NCBI GenBank assembly: GCA_005191425.1
Contig: SUPR01000056.1
Span: forward strand, 1-23,737
Reading direction: 5' to 3'
Source: Candidatus Helarchaeota ASGARD archaeon Hel_GB_B
Lineage (GTDB): Archaea; Asgardarchaeota; Lokiarchaeia; Helarchaeales; HEL-GB-B
Length of the DNA stretch: 23,737 nt
Shown here: piece after piece, positions 1-7,385 of the stretch
Position numbering within the stretch: position 1 is the stretch's first letter
Layout: every line of letters begins with the position of its first letter
Notes under the pieces: generated by a model
The model's input: only the letters and a program-made list of their open reading frames with translations
Databases searched by the model: none
What the model was told of the DNA's origin: nothing
Program-made: the position numbers and the translations under genes

Positions 1-1149
1 ATAATAAAGTGGTGGGCTATAATAGTCTACTAAAAAGAATACTACCGAGCCAACTATTGAAACGACAATTCCTTGTAGTATACTGAAGGGCTTAAGTCCT
101 GGATAATACATAGCCAATAATCCCGGGTCATTATATAAATTCATTAAAATAAAATAACTAAATAATGAAAAGATTAATGCTGAAATAAATCCACCGATGC
201 ACCCAGCCCATGTCTTCTTAGAACCTTTATGAACTTTTTTCTTTCCCATTGTTATTCCAACAATTGTTGCCACTGCATCAGCAAGCCCCGAAATTGAAAT
301 AACAGACATTGCTATTGGCGGAGGTAAAACTACGCCAACAAAAGCCATGCCGGTTAATAGGTAAATATGTGGTCCCATAGCCTCGCGCTCACTTTCTCTA
401 TAGGTTCCTTCAATCGTTTTAATTGGATAATATCTAAAATTAAAAAACCTGAGAAAATCTGACAAAATTAATAGAAGATCTATTACTATTGAAATAAAAA
501 TTACAAGCCATTTGTTTAATATAAATGTAAAATAATGGTTATCTATTAAATCTTGAAAATCAATTTGGTCATAGGGTATATATGATGCAGCTGGAAGATG
601 AGCATATAGTGATACTGTGGAATTAAATACACCCATTCCAATTAATTTTCCCAACACTAAATAACCTATTAAAATTGCGATAATACAAATATGAAACATT
701 TTTCTTGAGATTTCAAGGTCCAATGGGTGGATTTTATTTTCTTTTAGTTTTTCGATTTTCTCCTTTGAGTCAAAATTCTTAGAAATGTATTTTTCTTTAA
801 TAAAATAAAACCCAAAAAATATGAAAATGAAGGACGTGAAATATAACCCAAAACAACCAATGGGATATGGAAATGTCCCGTGCAATAACGCATATTTTAA
901 GGCATCTACATAAGCTTGTTGAGTACCTTTTGCAATATATGCCATGGTAGTATAATAAATAGAAGCCCCTTCTATAATAAATTTTAAAGATAAAAATACC
1001 AAAACCCCTGACACCAAAATAGGAGTCCATCCACCTGTCTTATTTTCTTTTATCACTGATTTGCCCATATAAAGGATCATAGGTACCATAATTAATAATT
1101 CTATTCCTATTCCTATCGTATAAATACCATAATTCGGGACTAATACCAT
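1..1149 (-). CDS. CTP-dependent polyprenol/diacylglycerol kinase family membrane protein (SEC59/DGK1/phytol-kinase-like, cytidylyltransferase family); 3' end runs off the window
   Basis: Absent from the ORF track because there is no stop in the window. Hand translation from ATG at 1149 is open to base 1: MVLVPNYGIYTIGIGIELLIMVP...DLEISRKMFHICIIA...MGPHIY...SGLADAVATIVGITMGKKKVHKGSKKTWAGCIGG...FFLVDYYSPPLYY. The motifs match the upstream paralog one for one. Confidence 0.85.
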   Translation of the reverse strand, partial: MVLVPNYGIYTIGIGIELLIMVPMILYMGKSVIKENKTGGWTPILVSGVLVFLSLKFIIEGASIYYTTMAYIAKGTQQAYVDALKYALLHGTFPYPIGCFGLYFTSFIFIFFGFYFIKEKYISKNFDSKEKIEKLKENKIHPLDLEISRKMFHICIIAILIGYLVLGKLIGMGVFNSTVSLYAHLPAASYIPYDQIDFQDLIDNHYFTFILNKWLVIFISIVIDLLLILSDFLRFFNFRYYPIKTIEGTYRESEREAMGPHIYLLTGMAFVGVVLPPPIAMSVISISGLADAVATIVGITMGKKKVHKGSKKTWAGCIGGFISALIFSLFSYFILMNLYNDPGLLAMYYPGLKPFSILQGIVVSIVGSVVFFLVDYYSPPLYY

Positions 1150-1180
1150 TATAATTTCACTTTTCCTTTAATTTTTCTAA

Positions 1181-2341
1181 TTAAATGGTTGGTAATAAAT
1201 AAATTAAATATGTACCAAATCCTATAATTATAGGATTTAAAATGTTATCTGACATTTTTATTGGGGGACTGAAATAATCTATAATAAAGAACAAACCTGC
1301 TCCTACTAATGTCATAATTGTTCCATTTATTATAGACCCGCCATATATTGGCATTAATAAGAAATAACACATGATACCAAAAATTAAAGATGAAACAACT
1401 CCACCAATTCCTCCTTCCCATGTTTTACTCGAACCTTTTTTAAACTTATGTTTTCCAAAGGTAATTCCGATAATCGTAGCAAATGCATCTCCAATCCCTG
1501 AAATTATTATAGTAATTGTTGCGGGCTGCGCTGGAAAAAACATAACAACAAATAATATGCCAAAAACAAAATATATATGCGGTCCTAAACTAGTTTTCTC
1601 TCTTTTTCTATATGTTTGAGACACCAACTTTAAGGGATAAAATCGATAGTATGATAATCTAACAAAATCTGTAAAAATTAATAATAAACAAATAATCGCT
1701 AAAATAAAAACTATCAGAAATCTAGCCATATCAAAATTAGTCAATATGCTCGAAATATCTATGCTTTGCCACAGGAACTGTGTATATCCAAGGTCATATA
1801 ACCGCTGATTTGAGTCAACAAGAAATTGAAATATTGACTGATACATAATTTTTCCAAGGAATAAATAACAAATTATGACTGCAATAATTGTAATATGAAA
1901 TGTTTTTCTTGAAACTTCTAAATCACTTTTATCAACTTCTATGCTCAATTTTTCACTTATTTTTGTTTCACTTACAAAATTCTTACTAATTAACTCTTTA
2001 ACTACATATGCTCCCATAAAAAGAAATATCATTGGCATAAAATAAATCACAAAAGTAGCAGTCGGATATGGTAAAATCAAATGAGCAATTCCATACTCTA
2101 AAGCTGCTTGATTCAAGCCAAGACTATATAAATAATTTGACCAAGCAAAACAATTTAGACCTTCTACTAAAAAAAATATTCCTATAACTCCAGAGGTAAT
2201 AGCTGTAACTATTGCAGAATACCCGTCTATTTTATTTTTATGCTTTTTAAAGCAATCTCTTGCTACATATATTATAGGAATAATAATACATAAAAAAATT
2301 ATACCAATTAATGCCTCATATAGCCCAAATGTCACAAACAT
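1181..2341 (-). CDS. CTP-dependent polyprenol/diacylglycerol kinase family membrane protein (SEC59/DGK1/phytol-kinase-like)
   Basis: Multi-TM 386 aa. Contains the RKTFH motif, GPHIY and the family signature SGIGDAFATIIGITFGKHK...SSKTWEGGIGG, with C-terminal DNILNP. Confidence 0.85.
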   Translation of the reverse strand: MFVTFGLYEALIGIIFLCIIIPIIYVARDCFKKHKNKIDGYSAIVTAITSGVIGIFFLVEGLNCFAWSNYLYSLGLNQAALEYGIAHLILPYPTATFVIYFMPMIFLFMGAYVVKELISKNFVSETKISEKLSIEVDKSDLEVSRKTFHITIIAVIICYLFLGKIMYQSIFQFLVDSNQRLYDLGYTQFLWQSIDISSILTNFDMARFLIVFILAIICLLLIFTDFVRLSYYRFYPLKLVSQTYRKREKTSLGPHIYFVFGILFVVMFFPAQPATITIIISGIGDAFATIIGITFGKHKFKKGSSKTWEGGIGGVVSSLIFGIMCYFLLMPIYGGSIINGTIMTLVGAGLFFIIDYFSPPIKMSDNILNPIIIGFGTYLIYLLPTI

Positions 2342-2475
2342 GTTCCATTAACTCGCGTTCTTAAAATTTTAAATAATCGAATAATATAAAATAACCAATT
2401 TAAGTTAATTTAAAAATATATATTTTATAGAATTAAAATAAATTATATTTATTAAAAATACATTTTTCGATTAAA

Positions 2476-3414
2476 ATGAATGAACTATTGGATTTTTTAA
2501 AGGAAGAAGGTAAGCATTTAATTCTATTTGGAGGTAAAGGTGGGGTAGGAAAAACTTCTATAGCTGCTGCTACCGCTATAAAATGTTCCGAAATGGGATT
2601 AAAGACCCTGATTACATCAAGTGACCCAGCTCATTCATTATCAGATGTTTTTGAACAAAAATCAATAATTGGAGGACAAATTGTCGAAGTCTGGAGTAAT
2701 AAAAATCTTTTTGCTTTAGAAACAGATCCAAAAAAAGTATTGGACGAATATAACCATTATCTAGAAGAATTTCCTGAGTTAAAAATATTATTAGGCGAAG
2801 AATTTGAGGAATTTCCTGGTGCAAACGAGGGGTTCGGACTTTTAAACATAATTCGTAGATTTAACAATGATGATTGGGATGTTATTATTGTAGATACTGC
2901 ACCTACTGGACATACGCTTAAATTATTAAGTTTTCCTGATTTCTTGAGTAAGACTGCTATTAAGTTAATAAGAATTCGAGATGTACTTGGCTCATTTGTT
3001 GATAAAATTACTAATTTCTTCCGTAGGAGAAAAGCTGAACGAAAGGATATATCCGAATTTCTTGAAATAGCTAAACAATGGTCCGAAGAGACCCAAAAAG
3101 TTCTGTCCAATGTTGATTTGACCCGCTTTTTTGTTGTAATGATACCTGAATTGTTAAGTATAAATGAAACACAACGATTAATTGCAAGTCTACAAGGATA
3201 CAATATTTCAATCGGCGGAATTTTTGTTAACAAATTTTTTCCAAACAATACTACATGTCCATTCTGTCAAAAAAAGCGTAAACAACAAGATAAAAATTTT
3301 AAAATAATCAAGGAAATTTTTCAAAATTTTTTAATACGACAGATACCCTTCTTTAACGATGAAATTCACGGTCAAATAATGCTCAAAAAGTTAAAAGATA
3401 TATTATTTGAATAA
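2476..3414 (+). CDS. Get3/TRC40/ArsA-family ATPase, single-domain, with C-terminal CxxC
   Basis: P-loop FGGKGGVGKTS, switch I SDPAHSLSD, switch II DTAPTGHT, VVMIPELLSINETQRL, and CPFC. Confidence 0.93.
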   Translation: MNELLDFLKEEGKHLILFGGKGGVGKTSIAAATAIKCSEMGLKTLITSSDPAHSLSDVFEQKSIIGGQIVEVWSNKNLFALETDPKKVLDEYNHYLEEFPELKILLGEEFEEFPGANEGFGLLNIIRRFNNDDWDVIIVDTAPTGHTLKLLSFPDFLSKTAIKLIRIRDVLGSFVDKITNFFRRRKAERKDISEFLEIAKQWSEETQKVLSNVDLTRFFVVMIPELLSINETQRLIASLQGYNISIGGIFVNKFFPNNTTCPFCQKKRKQQDKNFKIIKEIFQNFLIRQIPFFNDEIHGQIMLKKLKDILFE

Positions 3415-3695
3415 AAATACTTAAATTATAATATATTAGCGTTTCAAAATAATTGTTAATTGCTCTGGTTATATAAAAAATAATTTCTATTCCAATAGAA
3501 TAGGTCATAATTATTGCATCAGAAAAATACATTATCTTAAAAATAGTTGGTTAAGATATTGAAATAGAAAACGATAAATATATAATAATAATATATTGCC
3601 TCTAAAAAAGGCGTAATATAAAGGATATAATCAAGTTAAATTTAATGATCGTTTAAAAATCTCTTTTTTATTAATTCTTTTCTTAGAAATTCAAA

Positions 3696-3711
3696 TCGAA
3701 AACTTTATAAA
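3696..3711 (+). promoter_or_regulatory. BRE-like element plus TATA box for the PadR-Hsp20 operon
   Basis: TCGAAAAC followed by TTTATAAA (3704-3711), about 90 bp upstream of the PadR ATG. Confidence 0.55.
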
Positions 3712-3718
3712 TTTTTTA

Positions 3719-3760
3719 GAGCTAACAACTTTGAGTTAACAATTTTGAGCTAACAATATT
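3719..3760 (+). repeat. Three tandem 14-bp direct repeats; candidate operator
   Basis: GAGCTAACAACTTT (3719-3732), GAGTTAACAATTTT (3733-3746), GAGCTAACAATATT (3747-3760). They lie immediately downstream of the TATA box. Confidence 0.9.
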
Positions 3761-3799
3761 CAAAAATTTTATAGAAAACATTTTTTCAGGTAAATAAAG

Positions 3800-4321
3800 A
3801 TGTTCTGGTTTGGTCGCGGAATAGCAAGACAATTTTTAGATAGAGATAAAAGAAAAGCCAGCCCCACTGAATATTTAATCCTTTCTATTTTAAACAATTA
3901 TGGTAATAAATCCGGCCCAGATATAATCAAAATATTATCCTCTCAATTTATGAATATCTGGACTCCAAAAGCAGGGACAATATATCCTATACTTAACAAA
4001 TTGGAATATCGCCAATTTATCAAATCAAGAGGAAATTATCCTAAAATTTATTCGATTACTGAAAAAGGAAAAGAACAGATAAATTTTCTAGCCAGTATTT
4101 TTACGAATGAAATTGATTTTTTCAAAAAATTTGCTAATTTAGTTTGTGGTCATCAATACATTCCCGGTTTAGATCGATTATTACAAACTAATCTTGAAAA
4201 TTATAAAAAGTGGTTAAAAAATGAGCTGAAAACAGTAAATGAAATTCTAAAATTAAAAAAGTCTCAAGCTGATGATGATAACGATGATATCAAAGAAGAT
4301 TATGAAATTCCAATTAAATAA
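3800..4321 (+). CDS. PadR-family transcriptional regulator
   Basis: EYLILSIL...SGPDIIKIL...WTPKAGTIYPILNKLEYRQFI...KIYSITEKGKE is the PadR winged-helix pattern, followed by a C-terminal helix and an acidic tail. Confidence 0.88.
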   Translation: MFWFGRGIARQFLDRDKRKASPTEYLILSILNNYGNKSGPDIIKILSSQFMNIWTPKAGTIYPILNKLEYRQFIKSRGNYPKIYSITEKGKEQINFLASIFTNEIDFFKKFANLVCGHQYIPGLDRLLQTNLENYKKWLKNELKTVNEILKLKKSQADDDNDDIKEDYEIPIK

Positions 4322-4771
4322 ATGGAGGTGATAAAACTGGTAAAATTGGATGATAATGATGAAGATGATAGATATTGGACATGGTTTAAAGATATTTTTT
4401 TCGGTAAAAACTTACCATTTATTGGTATTAGAAATAACTTTATAAATGAAGGTATTCGCAATGGTTTCAAGGAAATTATGAACTGGTTAACCGAGTTTAC
4501 AACCGAATTCATAAATCCTAATATGTTTGATGATGGAAATGAATTAATAATCACTGTTAATACCCCTGGTATTCCAAAAAAAGATTTAAAAATCAAGACC
4601 GATAAATCATCTATCATCATAATAATAAATAAGGATGGTAGAGAAATTAAACGTAAAATAAGATTACCAGTTGAAATTATTCCTGAAAAATCTTATTCTA
4701 AATATAAAGATGGACAATTAAAAATACATCTTTTCAAAAAAAATTCTACCAGCGATATTGAGATAAACTAA
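4322..4771 (+). CDS. Small heat shock protein (Hsp20/alpha-crystallin domain)
   Basis: ELIITVNTPGIPKKDLKIK...IKRKIRLPVEIIPEKSYSKYKDGQLKIHLFK, with a W/F-rich N-terminal arm and C-terminal IEI (IxI) motif. The ATG directly abuts the PadR stop (TAA-ATG). Confidence 0.9.
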   Translation: MEVIKLVKLDDNDEDDRYWTWFKDIFFGKNLPFIGIRNNFINEGIRNGFKEIMNWLTEFTTEFINPNMFDDGNELIITVNTPGIPKKDLKIKTDKSSIIIIINKDGREIKRKIRLPVEIIPEKSYSKYKDGQLKIHLFKKNSTSDIEIN

Positions 4772-4793
4772 TAAATCATATTTACATACATCG

Positions 4794-4848
4794 AAAAAAA
4801 AAAATGGATGAAATTAAAATGGTGTTCATCCATAGCGATAATAATCGC
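4794..4848 (-). terminator. Double hairpin followed by a U-tract on the minus strand; candidate terminator between convergent hsp20 and GH genes
   Basis: Perfect 9-bp inverted repeat ATGGATGAA (4804-4812) / TTCATCCAT (4825-4833). A second stem GCGAT/ATCGC lies at 4835-4848. The A11 run at 4794-4804 reads as U11 right after the hairpin on the minus strand. Confidence 0.5.
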
Positions 4849-5017
4849 CATATAATTATATCTTATTCGATTATTTATTTTTTTCTATAAATTAAATTGG
4901 AATCATAAACGCAGTTTAATTGTATAATTCAATAATTTTAGGGTACAAATAATTTTAAATTAAGAAAATTGTTATAAGTTAAAATAAATTATTTTTATAT
5001 TCTTAATAAATTATAAA

Positions 5018-6046
5018 TTACAGATGGTATTTTCTTTTTAACTCATTGTATACATCACCAATTACATCCCAAACTTTTTTAGGGTTGCTACATGATAAAG
5101 ACATGCCTTCAGCACCTCTAAAACACCAGGTAAAAATAGAATCTACGTTATATTTATCAAAAATTTTAATAGCCTCTTTTAATTCTAATTCTTTTTTTCT
5201 TTGGACTAAAAATCCAAGACACCACAATTGAGAATTAATACCATATTTTTTAGCAATTGATACGGTTTTTTCGGTAAATTTTTCTACATAATTGAGTGAT
5301 TTTCCGAATAATAACCAATATGGGTCTGAAGCAAAAACATCAATTACATCTTTTAAAGAATAAACAAAATTATCCCAATCTGAAATCCCACTTTCTAACG
5401 GCGGAGGATTAAGACATACAATAATTTTTTTGGACGGTGAAATTTCTTTAATCTTTAACGATAAATCTTTTAGAAATTTAATGATGGAATTCTCCTTAAA
5501 TTTAATAACATCATTATCCAATTTAACCGGCATTTCTCTATTATATTCTTGTTTGAAAAGTTTTTGACAAGTGTCGCACCTGCAAGTAAATGAGATTGCA
5601 GATTTTGGTAAATAATAAAAATGCGGTTCATCCCAAAAAAATCCGTCAATAAATTCATATTTACAGACATTTTTAATGGCTTTAAATAAATAATTTTTAA
5701 ATTCGCTAGTATTAAAGCAAACTGCAGCTACTTTATCATGAGTACCTCTTTTATTAGAAATTGACTTTACCTGTCTAAAATCAGTATTTTTGTGTAGAAA
5801 AAAAGACGGCGCTTCTCCTCCAAAAATGCCACCCCACGACCAAAAATTTAGATATACATTGAAATTAAATTCTTCCTTAGCAATATGGGCTATTTTCATA
5901 ATATTCTTTCTCCAAACCTCCCAATCATATTCTGACATCGCGATCAAAACTGAATTACAACCATGTCTTGCCATTTCTTCTAAGTCTATTCTCGCATGGT
6001 CTGGAAATACATTTCCATAATATGCAACTCCTAGTTCCTTTACCAT
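5018..6046 (-). CDS. Glycoside hydrolase-like TIM-barrel protein (GH42/clan-A-like), cytoplasmic
   Basis: GVAYY...DLEEMARHGCNSV, DGFFWDEPH, a CRCDTC Zn-type motif followed by FKQEY, and DPYW. No signal peptide. Confidence 0.65.
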   Translation of the reverse strand: MVKELGVAYYGNVFPDHARIDLEEMARHGCNSVLIAMSEYDWEVWRKNIMKIAHIAKEEFNFNVYLNFWSWGGIFGGEAPSFFLHKNTDFRQVKSISNKRGTHDKVAAVCFNTSEFKNYLFKAIKNVCKYEFIDGFFWDEPHFYYLPKSAISFTCRCDTCQKLFKQEYNREMPVKLDNDVIKFKENSIIKFLKDLSLKIKEISPSKKIIVCLNPPPLESGISDWDNFVYSLKDVIDVFASDPYWLLFGKSLNYVEKFTEKTVSIAKKYGINSQLWCLGFLVQRKKELELKEAIKIFDKYNVDSIFTWCFRGAEGMSLSCSNPKKVWDVIGDVYNELKRKYHL

Positions 6047-6154
6047 ATTTGTATTATTTTATTATTGAAATTAAAGAGTTCCGTTTCAAATGAATTCTAA
6101 TAAATAAACATATTAGAAATATTTATAATTGAAAAAGTTATAACTGGTGAAATA

Positions 6155-6592
6155 ATGGTGAATATAATTAAAAGGTTTAGTGGAAAATATAGTTTTTTAT
6201 CAAATTTTTATCCATGTAAGATAATATATGAAAATATATGTTATCCATCAGTAGAGCATGCATATCAAGCTTCTAAGACTCTTGATATTAATTTAAGAAA
6301 AGAGATCGCCAGTCAAAAAACTCCTGCACTAGCAAAGAAATTAGGACGGGCTATAAAATTGAGGTCTGATTGGGATAGAGTCAAATTATCCATTATGGAA
6401 ACACTAGTAAGACTGAAATTTACAACAAATGAGGAATTGAAAAAGAAGATAATAGAGTTAGAAAATTGTATCTTAATTGAAGGCAATACTTGGGGCGATA
6501 CCTTCTGGGGTGTATATAATGGCAATGGAAAAAACCACTTAGGAAAAATATTAATGAAAGTTAGAGATGATCTAATTAGAAAAAATATATAG
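6155..6592 (+). CDS. NADAR family protein (YbiA-like N-glycosidase)
   Basis: FLSNFY, YPSVEHAYQASK, TPALAKKLGR, DWDRVK, KF, LIEGNTWGDTFWGV, GKNHLGKILMKVR. A GGTGA SD-like site lies upstream. Confidence 0.92.
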   Translation: MVNIIKRFSGKYSFLSNFYPCKIIYENICYPSVEHAYQASKTLDINLRKEIASQKTPALAKKLGRAIKLRSDWDRVKLSIMETLVRLKFTTNEELKKKIIELENCILIEGNTWGDTFWGVYNGNGKNHLGKILMKVRDDLIRKNI

Positions 6593-6633
6593 CTATAACC
6601 AAGATTTAGATAGTAATATTCCGTGATATTAAT

Positions 6634-7341
6634 ATGAAGATGAAAATATTAGCCATTGGGGCGCATCCTGATGATTTAGAAATATTAGCGGGTGGTACTT
6701 TATTAAAATATCATGATTTAGGCTATGAAATCAATTTATTAATAGTTACTGATGGGTCTGCTGGGCATGAACAAATTATTCCCGAAAAATTGAGAAAAAT
6801 TAGGTATGATGAAGCTAAAAAGACCGCTGAATTTTTAAAAGCCGGCTTTTTTTGGCTAGGAATTAGAGATGAATTCATTTTTGCAAATGAAGATTTAAGA
6901 ATGAAAGTAATCGATGTAATCCGGAAAGTATCCCCTGATGTTATCATTACTCATTCTCCTAACGATTATCATCCAGACCATGTAAACCTCAGTAAGTTAG
7001 TACTTGACGCTAGTTTTGTTAGCACATTACCAAATATTAAAACAAATAATCCAAATAACCAAATAGTAGTCCCCATTTTTTATATGGACACACTTACTGG
7101 AGTAAATTTCATCCCTGACTATTATGTTGATATTTCAGATCAATTTGAAAGAAAAATTAAGATATTACAAAACCATAAATCTCAAATTCAGTGGCTAAAA
7201 GACCATGACGATTTAGATATAATTGAACTTGTTAAAATATCAGCAAAATTTAGAGGTTTTCAATGTGGTGTTTCTTATGCTGAATGTTTTAAACATACAA
7301 ATGTCTGGCCCAGATTAAGACCCGAACGACTTCTGCCATAA
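6634..7341 (+). CDS. PIG-L/LmbE-family N-acetyl-sugar deacetylase
   Basis: AIGAHPDDLE...GGTL...TDGSAG...RYDE, THSPNDYHPDH and C-terminal YAECF. Confidence 0.92.
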   Translation: MKMKILAIGAHPDDLEILAGGTLLKYHDLGYEINLLIVTDGSAGHEQIIPEKLRKIRYDEAKKTAEFLKAGFFWLGIRDEFIFANEDLRMKVIDVIRKVSPDVIITHSPNDYHPDHVNLSKLVLDASFVSTLPNIKTNNPNNQIVVPIFYMDTLTGVNFIPDYYVDISDQFERKIKILQNHKSQIQWLKDHDDLDIIELVKISAKFRGFQCGVSYAECFKHTNVWPRLRPERLLP

Positions 7342-7385
7342 TAAGTAAAAAAAAGTAAGAATAATTGATTTAAGTAATTTCAGAA

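Noticed and set aside
797-1030. 77-aa track ORF on the minus strand
   Set aside because: It is an alternative frame inside the real kinase-family gene at 1-1149.
2413-2426. Palindrome AAAATATATATTTT in the divergent promoter region
   Set aside because: It is pure A/T low-complexity sequence.
2476-3414. Arsenite-efflux ArsA
   Set aside because: It is single-domain, lacks the multiple metalloid-binding Cys, and has no arsB/acr3/arsC/arsD/arsR neighbours. It fits the Get3-like type better.
3485-3500. Inverted repeat TTCTATT-CC-AATAGAA
   Set aside because: A 7-bp AT-rich dyad is expected by chance at this composition, and no second copy was seen.
3719-3760. 14-bp repeats as a mini-CRISPR or iteron array
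   Set aside because: The units are contiguous with no spacers and too short, and no cas or rep gene is present.
4271-4372. GAT-rich acidic stretches on both sides of the PadR/Hsp20 junction (DDDNDD, DDNDEDD)
   Set aside because: Low-complexity acidic tails are common in both families, and there is no clear duplication boundary.
4804-4890. 28-codon ORF MDEIKMVFIHSDNNRH...
   Set aside because: It is very short, has no SD, and coincides with the hairpin pair.
6155-6592. DarT1-NADAR toxin-antitoxin system
   Set aside because: No ADP-ribosyltransferase-like ORF is recognisable next to it.
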